Shown here one piece after another: positions 9,502 through 17,408 of a DNA stretch of 64,000 nucleotides. The DNA comes from Xanthobacteraceae bacterium. GTDB lineage: Bacteria > Pseudomonadota > Alphaproteobacteria > Rhizobiales > Xanthobacteraceae. Each line of letters starts with the position of its first letter. Position 1 is the first letter of the stretch. The DNA lies in NCBI GenBank assembly GCA_031291475.1, contig JARLIY010000171.1:120920-184919 (forward strand), in the 5' to 3' direction. The position numbers and the translations under genes were made by a program. A model generated the notes under the pieces. The model worked only from the letters and a program-made list of their open reading frames with translations. It was not told where the DNA came from and ran no database searches.

Positions 9502-10383
9502 TCAGTGGACCGTGCTCGGCGCGGCCGTATTCTGGTCCAGCAAACTAGCTATCGGCTCCTGCGAATTTGAAGGCGCGTGTGACGTTTTCGCTGCCGTAGG
9601 CTGCGGCTTGACTGCACCGTGCGCCTTCGGCGCGACCTCAGCCGGAAGCGACCCGGACGCGTCCTTGAGCGGGGCTTGCTCTTTCTTCACCCCATTGGCT
9701 TCGCGAAGCATGTTCACCAAGGTCTCCGGGAACATCACAATGCTCGGTGCTGCCGCGATTGCAAAGGGAACCTTCAGGTTCATGAACACCGCGACGTCTC
9801 GTCCGAAGGTTACACAATTGTTAAAGAATGCATTCCAAGGAGTTATGTGAGCTTTCCGCTGTCTGATATAAGCCACTAACCTTTGGTACTGAGCGGCATC
9901 TATCCAGACGCGAAAGCGGGCCAGTACATATTGTTCTTCAAGATCGCCGTCGCTTGCTCCAATTTCGGACGGGACAGGTAGCACATGCCCCACCGTCCAG
10001 TTGTAGACGCTACAATTCAGGCAATCCCGCCTATCGCCAGCCGGATAGAAGCCAGCGATCTCGCTCCTTATGATTTCCTGCCGATCGTTTACTTCGCCGT
10101 ACATAACGTACATATGGCCATAGCTCGCGGCATTGCGCGCGCGAAACTCGACAAAATACCGCTTGACCGGAGTGTCCGGAGCGTAATGGCCGGCGGCCGC
10201 AGTTTTGGCCGCCGACGTGGTCTTTTTTGAGAGTGCCATTGTCACGGACGACGCAACAGGTTCAGTAACGCGAGTTTCGGCGTTAGCGTCCTGCGCGCGG
10301 GCTAAGGGAGATTGCAGCCCTACAGTAGCCGCCAAACCTGCTACGAACAGCAAGACGGCGGCGCTGTCTAAATCGTACCTCAT
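9502..10383 (-). CDS. Secreted hypothetical protein (293 aa) with a conserved-looking His...Cys pair
   Basis: Signal peptide ending ARAQ. Core contains SYGHMYVMYG and, about 105 aa later, FFNNCVTFGRDV. Low-complexity Ala/Pro/Ser C-terminus. Confidence 0.6.
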   Translation of the reverse strand: MRYDLDSAAVLLFVAGLAATVGLQSPLARAQDANAETRVTEPVASSVTMALSKKTTSAAKTAAAGHYAPDTPVKRYFVEFRARNAASYGHMYVMYGEVNDRQEIIRSEIAGFYPAGDRRDCLNCSVYNWTVGHVLPVPSEIGASDGDLEEQYVLARFRVWIDAAQYQRLVAYIRQRKAHITPWNAFFNNCVTFGRDVAVFMNLKVPFAIAAAPSIVMFPETLVNMLREANGVKKEQAPLKDASGSLPAEVAPKAHGAVKPQPTAAKTSHAPSNSQEPIASLLDQNTAAPSTVH

Positions 10384-10493
10384 GACTAGCTCCCCAACCG
10401 GAACGCCAGTTGCTCATAAAAAGAACCAGAGTTGGACTGGGCATCAAACGGCTTCCCCAAGGATCGCCTGGGAATCGTCCATAGGCCGTCAAT

Positions 10494-10530
10494 GAACGAT
10501 CGCGTAATGAGCTGGCCTGCGCGATCGTTC
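10494..10530 (-). terminator. Hairpin downstream of the small lipoprotein gene (no clear U tract)
   Basis: 11-bp perfect stem gaacgatcgcg/cgcgatcgttc with a 15-nt loop. Confidence 0.35.
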
Positions 10531-10538
10531 AGCCGAAA

Positions 10539-10667
10539 CTAGCCCTTCGTTACGACGGGAGGCGGAGGGGCTTTCCCCTTGCCGACCGGGGACTTGCCTT
10601 TGCCCGCGCAACCAGCAACGCTTAGTGCCAATGCCAGCGAACAAACAATAGCGAAGACTTTATTCAT
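10539..10667 (-). CDS. Small lipoprotein, 42 aa (below the ORF-track cutoff)
   Basis: Minus-strand translation is MNKVFAIVCSLALALSVAGCAGKGKSPVGKGKAPPPPVVTKG. It has a textbook lipobox L-S-V-A-G-C after a hydrophobic h-region, and runs ATG 10667 to TAG 10539-10541. Confidence 0.65.
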   Translation of the reverse strand: MNKVFAIVCSLALALSVAGCAGKGKSPVGKGKAPPPPVVTKG

Positions 10668-10752
10668 GGCGACCACCCCAATTCGCGTGACTGTAAGCAC
10701 ACGTAACTACATGCTCGAGCCGCGAACTAGTGCAGAAAAGCCACAGTGTAGG

Positions 10753-10790
10753 GCAAAAGAAATAGGGCGGCTCTTTTGAGATGGAGCCGC
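10753..10790 (-). terminator. rho-independent terminator after the LDT / small-protein pair
   Basis: Minus-strand hairpin gcggctc-N10-gagccgc followed by cctatttctttt. Confidence 0.65.
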
Positions 10791-10872
10791 AGTTAATCTA
10801 AGTCTTTGATTTACATCATCAATCTGGAAACCGCCGCGATATCCCCTCATGATATTGCAATCGCGAATCCGC

Positions 10873-11112
10873 TCAATGAAATTCCTCGCAGCTTCCGACC
10901 AGTGGATAGCGCTCTGGGTATTTTTTTTCCAAACTCGACTCAGTGACCTTGAGCGCGGCCTTACATTCTTTTTCGGTGCTAAAATGGGGAGAAGCCTGCC
11001 GTTCGCCGTTTGGGCCCTTCGCGACGAACTGCCAATAAGCGAGCGCAGGTGATACCGAGCTCGCAAGGGTCGCGCCGGCAATCAGCAGCAATGAGATTGC
11101 AGGGCGCCTCAT
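10873..11112 (-). CDS. Small secreted hypothetical protein (79 aa, 2 Cys)
   Basis: Signal peptide MRRPAISLLLIAGATLASSVSPALA. Lies 33 nt downstream of the L,D-transpeptidase gene on the same strand. Confidence 0.55.
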   Translation of the reverse strand: MRRPAISLLLIAGATLASSVSPALAYWQFVAKGPNGERQASPHFSTEKECKAALKVTESSLEKKYPERYPLVGSCEEFH

Positions 11113-11145
11113 TTTGTTTCCTTGCTTGCTTGAATAAGAGGACGA

Positions 11146-11670
11146 TTAGGGCAACACGACCACTTTTGTTCCCAGACTCACGCGTTCATAAAGATCCATG
11201 ATGTCGCTGTTGTACATGCGGATGCAGCCATGAGAGACGAACCTGCCAATTGACGCTGGATTATTGGTGCCATGGATGGCGTATTCCCCGCCGCCGCTCA
11301 GGGTCATTGCCGCCGCCCCCATCGGGTTTGCTGAGCTGCCGCTTGGAATGACATTCGGTATCCGAGGATTTTCACGCTTGATCATGTCAGGCGGCGACCA
11401 TGCAGGTTTCAAATACTTGCCTTGGATGTAAGCCGTTCCCGACCAAGCCATGCCCGCCCTGCCAACGCCTACCGGATAGCGAATCGCTTTGTCATCGCTG
11501 CCGACAACGTAATAAAGACGCCGCTGGCTGGTCTTCACAACGATTGTGCCCGCCGAGTAGCCACTGAGGTGGACGACGTCGCGGGCCTTAGACGACGAGG
11601 GCGCCATTATTCCCAGACTTAGGAACGCAATTATACCTAGAGAAGGAACGCGCAGGCTCCCGCGATTCAT
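11146..11670 (-). CDS. L,D-transpeptidase (YkuD domain), secreted
   Basis: Catalytic motif HGTNNPASIGRFVSHGCIRMYN; N-terminal signal peptide. Confidence 0.85.
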   Translation of the reverse strand: MNRGSLRVPSLGIIAFLSLGIMAPSSSKARDVVHLSGYSAGTIVVKTSQRRLYYVVGSDDKAIRYPVGVGRAGMAWSGTAYIQGKYLKPAWSPPDMIKRENPRIPNVIPSGSSANPMGAAAMTLSGGGEYAIHGTNNPASIGRFVSHGCIRMYNSDIMDLYERVSLGTKVVVLP

Positions 11671-11794
11671 ATCAGCCGCTCACACATGTTTTTATTGCAG
11701 CGCAAGTTCAGTTAAGGTCGAGAATAAGCCACACCCGCGATAGGAAAAGGCACGGGAAAATAGTCGACTGCCACCGGTTTTTCAAGATCACGTC

Positions 11795-12382
11795 ATGGCG
11801 ATAGGGACAGTCTGTGTAGTCATCTGGTTTGCCGGTATCGCCGGTTGGTACATCATCCGATTTCCGTTTGAGCGACGGGCGAAGAAAGTTGCAGTCAGTA
11901 AGTCGCGTTTTGGTCGGCGGGAGTCGAGCATCCTCGGCTTTGCTCTTATTGGGTTGTTCGTGATCCCGGCGGCATACGCTTTGACTGGATTTCCAGCGTC
12001 GCTCGATCGTCCATTTATCCCAGCGATCGCTTGGCTTGGGCTGGTGACTTTGTGCGCAGCATTGTGGCTGTTTCGCCGAAGCCACATGGATCTGGGCCGG
12101 AATTGGTCCATCTCACTTGAAGTCCGCGAGCGGCATGTGCTCGTAATAACCGGCGTCTATCGGCTTATCCGGCATCCGATGTATTCCTCGTTTTTTCTCC
12201 TGTCACTCGCTCAGATGTTGCTATTGCCCAATTGGTTTGCGGGCGCATCTGGACTCTTAGGAGTCGCCGTCCTTTATGCTTTTCGGGTCCGACAGGAGGA
12301 ACGGATGATGCTAGAATATTTCGGCAATGACTATCTTAGGTATATGGACCACACGAAGCGCCTCATCCCTTGGATCCTGTAG
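11795..12382 (+). CDS. Isoprenylcysteine carboxyl methyltransferase (ICMT)/phospholipid methyltransferase-family membrane methyltransferase
   Basis: Several TM helices and the C-terminal motif GVYRLIRHPMYSSFFLL...RVRQEERMMLEYFG typical of the ICMT/PEMT family. Confidence 0.7.
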   Translation: MAIGTVCVVIWFAGIAGWYIIRFPFERRAKKVAVSKSRFGRRESSILGFALIGLFVIPAAYALTGFPASLDRPFIPAIAWLGLVTLCAALWLFRRSHMDLGRNWSISLEVRERHVLVITGVYRLIRHPMYSSFFLLSLAQMLLLPNWFAGASGLLGVAVLYAFRVRQEERMMLEYFGNDYLRYMDHTKRLIPWIL

Positions 12383-12410
12383 CTTCCGTCTCTGTTTCGG
12401 AGAGAATTGA

Positions 12411-13154
12411 ATGCGCGGGCGAGCAATCCGATTGTCGGTGCAGCGGCGGATGGTGATCGACTTACTCTATTTTGCGCGCGGCGTTCCAACCGTTCCGGTC
12501 CAGAAGCGCATGTCACTCGCTCCGCTGGTTGCTGCACGTGCCGCTTGCCGGGATCGGCCGCCGTGGACCGCCATCTTCACAAAGGCTTATGCCTTGTTAG
12601 CAGAAGAAGTTCCCCAGCTGCGACGGGCGTACGTTAAGATTCCCTGGCCCCATTTGTACGAAGTTACCACGAGCAAGGCCAATATCATCATCGAGCGCGA
12701 CTACCGGGGCGAGCCCGCCCTCTGTCCCGTCTCGATCAAAGATCCGGCGCATCAGGCTCTGCAGGACATCGGACGGCATCTCCAACAGGCCACAACCGCT
12801 CCACTGCACGAGATTAAAGAATTTCGGCGATGGATGCGGTTCTCGCGCCTGCCGCGACCCTTACGTCGGACATTGTGGTGGATCGGCCTGAATGTCGGTC
12901 GCCAGCGTGGAAATTTTTTCGGGACTTTCGGGGTGTCCGTATACTCGGCGCTAAATGCTGAATCGCTGCATCCTCTTTCCCCCCTGACAACGCTGCTCAA
13001 CTACGGCGTTATGACCGACGATGGCTTGGTCGATGTGCGGATCATCTATGATCATCGCGTGATGGATGGCGCGACGGTTGCCCGAGCGTTAGTCCGCCTG
13101 GAGAAAATCCTCAACTCCGTCATCCTCGAAGAAGTGCGGTCGCTGGAGAAATGA
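12411..13154 (+). CDS. Stand-alone acyltransferase related to the catalytic domain of 2-oxoacid dehydrogenase E2 / CAT superfamily
   Basis: Active-site motif IIYDHRVMDGA near the C-terminus; N-terminal AIRLSVQRRMVIDLL resembles the E2 catalytic-domain entry. Starts 28 nt after the ICMT-like gene. Confidence 0.55.
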   Translation: MRGRAIRLSVQRRMVIDLLYFARGVPTVPVQKRMSLAPLVAARAACRDRPPWTAIFTKAYALLAEEVPQLRRAYVKIPWPHLYEVTTSKANIIIERDYRGEPALCPVSIKDPAHQALQDIGRHLQQATTAPLHEIKEFRRWMRFSRLPRPLRRTLWWIGLNVGRQRGNFFGTFGVSVYSALNAESLHPLSPLTTLLNYGVMTDDGLVDVRIIYDHRVMDGATVARALVRLEKILNSVILEEVRSLEK

Positions 13155-13462
13155 GCTGACATTACGATGTGCCGGCTCGGCACTGTGTCAAGAGCGCGAG
13201 TTCCGCGGCCTTACCTTCCAATCACATAAGCCTGCCGGCTTCAGTGGCCTAAATCCAGTGAGACCCTAACGGTCCTGAACCGTTCGCCCGAGTCGACCAA
13301 TGTCTGATGTTGGGCCGGAGCCAGCTTTCGGAGGTGCGGCGCGAAGTCCTGTGACCGATTCAGGGTTTCGAGCGAGCGCAGCGGAACACTTTAGCGGCGC
13401 GCGAATTGGAGCGGCGCCTTCCTAATTCTACAGGCGGCTTGTAACATTGCGAGCGCGCGCCA

Positions 13463-14023
13463 GCGACTTTCGATTTCCTCCACTTCCACCTCGACTATTA
13501 TCCCTTCTCGCTGTTTTCGCGGCAGTCGACGCCGTTCGTGACCACGCTGCATGGTCGGCTCGACCTGCCGGAGCACCAGCCGATGTTCGACACTTTTTAG
13601 TCGGTGCCGGTGGTGTCGGTCTCTAATTCGCAGCGGCGGCCGCTGCCGCAGGCGCATTGGGTGCGCACGGTTCATCATGGGCTCCCTGCGCGGCTCCTGG
13701 CGCCGAAGCCGGTCAAGCCCAGCTATTTCGCGTTCCTCGGCCGCATCGCGCCGGAGAAAGGCATCGACCGCGCCATCTGCATCGCGCAGCATTGCGGCGT
13801 GCCGCTCAAGGTCGCGGCGAAAGTCGACAAAGCTGACCAAGATTATTTTGTCGAGCAAATTGCGCCGATGCTCAAGTCGGCAAATATCGATTTCATCGGC
13901 GAGATCGCCGACAAGGACAAATCCGAATTCTTAAGCGGCGCGATCGTCCTGCTCGTTCCGATCTACCGGCTGGAGCCGTTCGGCCTGGTGATGATCGAGG
14001 CCATGGCCTGCGGCACGCCGGTG
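13463..14023 (+). pseudogene. Glycosyltransferase family 4 (group 1) remnant: N- and C-termini missing, internal TAG
   Basis: Frame reads FDFLHFHLDYYPFSLFSRQSTPFVTTLHGRLDLPEHQPMFDTF*SVPVVSVSNSQRR...GRIAPEKG...EPFGLVMIEAMACGTPV. In-frame TAG at 13598-13600. The similarity stops abruptly at about 14023. Confidence 0.75.
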
Positions 14024-14030
14024 AGTTCGT

Positions 14031-14954
14031 CTTGGCCTGATAGGCGGCGGCCAAGCGGCGCAGCACGCCGCGCGCCACTTCCGGCGACCACCACAGCATT
14101 TGCAAGGCGGTGATCAGGCCGTCGCGCCCGAAAGTGGTCGCGTACCAGGGGATACCGGCATAGGGGTAACGGCCCTGAGGCGTATCCGTCATCAGCATCG
14201 CGAGATCGGCGGCGGAGCGGCAGAGGATCTCGTTGAAACGATCATTCGAGGCTTCGACCGAGGTGCGCTCGCGCGCCTGCTCGCGCATTTCCCGGCGCGC
14301 CGCGATCAGCCCGCGCAGGAACGGCGGCGGCCGTGTGGCGGTCTCATCGCAGCTCACGGCAAGAAAGGTCGGCCGCATCTCACCCGGCTCGAGGTGAAGG
14401 TCGTAGATGGCGCTATCGGTTGCGAGACGATCCGGCTGCGGATCGAAGGAGAGCGCCGTGCGCCGCACCCTGGCGTCCAAGCCGTGATAGACCAGCAGCA
14501 CCTGGTCGGCGCCGCGCAGCTTCGTCGTCGAGTGGCCCCGCAGCGCGATGCGAGCCGCGGACCTCGAACAGGTCGGCAAAATCATGCGCTCGCCGGCCAT
14601 CAGATCGGGATTGGTCAGATCGACGATGAACGCCGAATTGTCATCGCGCAAATTGGAGCCGAGCAGGAGCGGTGGCGCGTCGTTCACCAGCAATTCGAGG
14701 CGCGCGAGGTGCCGCGTGTCCTGATGGAACAGGCCGGCGGATCCGCCTGACGAGGCGCCGATGTCGCCGCGGCTGTCGAGCACCACGAACGTGTCGCCGG
14801 ATTTGAGCGCGCGAGGCGGCCGGCCTGGCTGGCTGGCGGTGATGGTGAACGCCGCTTCCGCGGGCGCCGCGGTGGGGAATGCCGGCCCGGCGGGCTTTGC
14901 AGCTGTTTTGGCGACAATCTTCACAGCAGGCTTGGCGGAGGATTTGGGGGACAT
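14031..14954 (-). pseudogene. Amylo-alpha-1,6-glucosidase / glycogen-debranching-like gene, N-terminal part only
   Basis: Reads GDTFVVLDSRGDI...FHQDTRHLARLEL...YAGIPWYATTFGRDGLITALQMLWWSPEVARGVLRRLAA, then loses similarity at about 14031, 7 nt from the end of the GT4 remnant. The catalytic C-terminal half is absent, and an internal shortening after DLTNPDL is possible. Confidence 0.65.
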
Positions 14955-14968
14955 CGCTGTTCGCTTGG

Positions 14969-15401
14969 CTACACGCTACGGCGTTGCGGCTTGCGGACGA
15001 CTTTTGGTCTTGCGCCGCCGTGGATGACATCGACGACGCGCATTCTGATCGGGTCGACGACCACGACATCGTCTTCCACTAAGGCGTATTTGAGGTACGT
15101 CGCCCAGGCATTGCGGCCCGCCGTCTGGTCGGGCAGTTCGGAGAGCCGGACCGAGCGCGACAGCGCGCCAACCGTTACCGGGATAGCGCTGCCTGAGGGG
15201 CGCCACCCGCTCTCTCACCACGGCGTTATAGATCGCGCTGCGCCGCGCCGCGGTGAGCGCCAGTGGCTGGCTGACGGCGCCGTCAGGTTTTACCGCTTCG
15301 TCGGGGCCGACGCTTTGCGCGCGCACGCCCGCCGTGCCGAGCAAAAACGTAAGCACCACCAAAGATGGAACCCAGATGCGGCTCGCCATGCATTGCTCCA
15401 T
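14969..15401 (-). pseudogene. DUF1236-like secreted protein interrupted by a +1 frameshift
   Basis: The N-terminal frame gives a signal peptide plus LTAARRSAIYNAVVRERVAP. The C-terminal frame gives IPVTVGALSRSVRLSELPDQTAGRNAWATYLKYALVEDDVVVVDPIRMRVVDVIHG and ends with TAG at 14969-14971. The switch must lie within 15185-15214, which contains a G4 run at 15197-15200. Confidence 0.7.
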
Positions 15402-15674
15402 CTGGAGGCTGCCTCCTCCCCCAACAACGAACGCGCAATGGCTGCTATCCTTTCATTTCTTTTTTGTTGCACCGCAACGTTTTGCCGCCGGTTCGGCGCC
15501 GTTATCTGGGGCCGTGGCCACGCCGGCGACGCGCTGGGGGTCAGCTGCGTTCCTTCTACTGCTACTCAAGCTGTGCAGGTTTGCCAATTCCAAAAAAACC
15601 TATTGTGCTCCAATGGCAATTCTACAAGCCGCCAAATTGGCTAACCCCCTTAGCCACAACATCTTTTCACTCAT

Positions 15675-15691
15675 CCGTAGGGAGCGCCAGC
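15675..15691 (+). repeat. att-like direct repeat, copy 2
   Basis: ccgtagggagcgccagc is identical to 8211-8227. The flanking bases differ, so this is not a second tRNA. Confidence 0.75.
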
Positions 15692-15766
15692 AGGCGCGTA
15701 ATATCAGAACAATCGCCGCGCCTCATATCGTGCAAACGTTGATCGCTCGGGTTCATGCCATCGCGC

Positions 15767-16315
15767 TCAGCTGCGATGCACGATATGATCTTTTCCGTTC
15801 CATTCCCGGGCGGCCTGGTACATCCCGCGATAAACCTCCTCCGTCGCGGTGTTGATCTCGATCACTTCGAGCAGGCCGGGCAAATCGCGGCCGGTGTCGA
15901 AATAGATGACGCGGCAGGAAAGCGGGGCGGGAGCGGTATCGGAGAATGCTTCCTGGTATCCGCGCGCGCGGTAAAGCGCGGCGGTCTTTTCGAAGTCGCG
16001 GGCACCGATCGCCCAGTGATGAAAGCCGTGCGCTCCACGCGCTTTCAGCATCTCCTGGAAAACGGACGGCTCCCGGTCGTGCTGCTCGATCAATTCGATC
16101 ATGAGCTCGCCGGTGTAGGCGAAGGCGAGGCTCACCCGCATCTTGGTGGGCGCGCCGCGATAAACACCTTTGGGCGGCACGAACGGGCCGACCAAAAACC
16201 ACGGGCCGACATGCAGCAGCTCCGTGTAACGGCGCATGTCCTCCTCAATGTCGGCAACCGAGTAGGCAATCTGAATGATGCTGTTGTCGCGTGGCCCGAA
16301 ACTGAACCGGTCCAT
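15767..16315 (-). CDS. VOC (glyoxalase/bleomycin resistance/dioxygenase) family protein
   Basis: Two beta-alpha-beta-beta-beta-like halves (IQIAYSVADIEEDMRRY... and HHWAIGARDFEKTAALY...). Confidence 0.7.
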   Translation of the reverse strand: MDRFSFGPRDNSIIQIAYSVADIEEDMRRYTELLHVGPWFLVGPFVPPKGVYRGAPTKMRVSLAFAYTGELMIELIEQHDREPSVFQEMLKARGAHGFHHWAIGARDFEKTAALYRARGYQEAFSDTAPAPLSCRVIYFDTGRDLPGLLEVIEINTATEEVYRGMYQAAREWNGKDHIVHRS

Positions 16316-16327
16316 TCCGCTCTCCCT

Positions 16328-16461
16328 TTTTCCGCAGCGCGCTCGCGCCGCCCGCCAACCCGCTCGCGCGCTGCCAGTTCAGTTCTTTTCCGCAGCGCGC
16401 TCGCGCCGGCATAGTGCGTTCACGCGCGTTACCGCGCTATCGCAACCCGCTCGCGCGCTGC
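16328..16461. repeat. Two pairs of interleaved direct repeats in the cyclase-VOC intergenic region
   Basis: ttttccgcagcgcgctcgcgccg occurs at 16328-16350 and 16386-16408. caacccgctcgcgcgctgc occurs at 16356-16374 and 16443-16461. Confidence 0.8.
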
Positions 16462-16470
16462 GGATTCAAT

Positions 16471-17241
16471 TTAGTCGTCCGATAGCGCCACGCAGCGCGT
16501 CCAGCCCGCCGAGGCCGCTTCGATCTTGACCGGGAAGCAGCACACCTTGAAACCGAATGGCGGCAAGAGATCGAGATTGGTGAGCTTTTCCATGTGGCAA
16601 TAACCGATCTCGCGGCCGGCTTTGTGCCCCTCCCAGATCAGGCTGGCGTCGCCGGTTTCGGCAAAGCGCTTGCGCGTGAACGAGAACGGCGCGTCCCAGC
16701 TCCACCCGTCGATGCCGGTGACGCGCACGCCTTGCTTGGTCAGGAACAGGGTCGCCTCGCGACCCATGCCGCAGCCTTTGTCGATGAAGTTGGGCTGACC
16801 GTAGAAGGCCGCCGCCGACGTATTCACCAAGACGATGTCGAGCGGCTTGAGCGTGTAGCCGATGCGGACGAGCTCACGTTTGACGTCATCGGCCTTGCAC
16901 ACATAGCCGTCCGGTTTGTTGCGGAAATCGAGCTTCACGCCGGAGGAAAAGAACCATTCGAGCGGCACCTGATCGATTTTCAGTGCCGGCTTGCCGCCAT
17001 CCATCGTGCTGGCGAAATGCCACGGCGCGTCGAGATGGGTGCCGTTGTGGGTGGAGATGCTCACGTGCTCGATCGCCGCCCCTTCGCCATCGGGGAGTTG
17101 CCCGGGCCTGAGCCCGGGAAACGTGGTCGCGAATTCCTTGGCGCCTTGCTTGTGGTCGCGATATTCGATGCTGGGCAGCATGCTCGGCGGATCCGAAGCA
17201 ATCCCAGCCTTGAGCGCAACCGAAAGATCGATAATCCGCAT
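16471..17241 (-). CDS. Cyclase-family protein (kynurenine formamidase-like metal hydrolase, PF04199-type)
   Basis: Motif ISTHNGTHLDAPWHF. This family is not a nucleotide cyclase. Confidence 0.8.
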   Translation of the reverse strand: MRIIDLSVALKAGIASDPPSMLPSIEYRDHKQGAKEFATTFPGLRPGQLPDGEGAAIEHVSISTHNGTHLDAPWHFASTMDGGKPALKIDQVPLEWFFSSGVKLDFRNKPDGYVCKADDVKRELVRIGYTLKPLDIVLVNTSAAAFYGQPNFIDKGCGMGREATLFLTKQGVRVTGIDGWSWDAPFSFTRKRFAETGDASLIWEGHKAGREIGYCHMEKLTNLDLLPPFGFKVCCFPVKIEAASAGWTRCVALSDD

Positions 17242-17408
17242 GAATGCTCCTCCCGCGCACGTTTGCGTCAGCGTACGGCACTTTGCCGCTTGTGCTCAAC
17301 CGTGTGCCGCCAATCCCGACGCCCGGGCGGCTTCCGAGACGAGACAAGCTCGCCTATGATCTCGATCGGTCTAACTGCGCGCGTGAAGCGAAGACGACCA
17401 AGGGGGCC

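Larger units (their letters stand above)
8228..15691. mobile_element. Putative degraded genomic island integrated at tRNA-Glu (no integrase left)
   Basis: Bracketed by the 17-bp direct repeat. The 8.2-13.3 kb part is visibly AT-richer than the flanks. The cargo is secreted/envelope proteins plus three pseudogenes. Confidence 0.5.

Noticed and set aside
10921-10928. T8/A8 homopolymer inside the 79-aa secreted-protein gene as a potential phase-variation tract
   Set aside because: The run encodes Lys-Lys in frame within an intact ORF. A single 8-mer without evidence of length variation is not enough.
13155-13462. 300-bp gap between the acyltransferase and the GT4 remnant, examined for an integrase/recombinase relic or structured RNA
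   Set aside because: I could read no convincing reading frame, motif or extended secondary structure. It probably represents further degraded sequence.
16471-17241. The 'cyclase family protein' as a possible nucleotide cyclase partner for the CNBD proteins (Pycsar/CBASS-like)
   Set aside because: The HxGTHxDxPxH motif marks the kynurenine-formamidase-type metal hydrolase family, not a class III or CD-NTase nucleotide cyclase. It is also 14 kb away from the CNBD genes.
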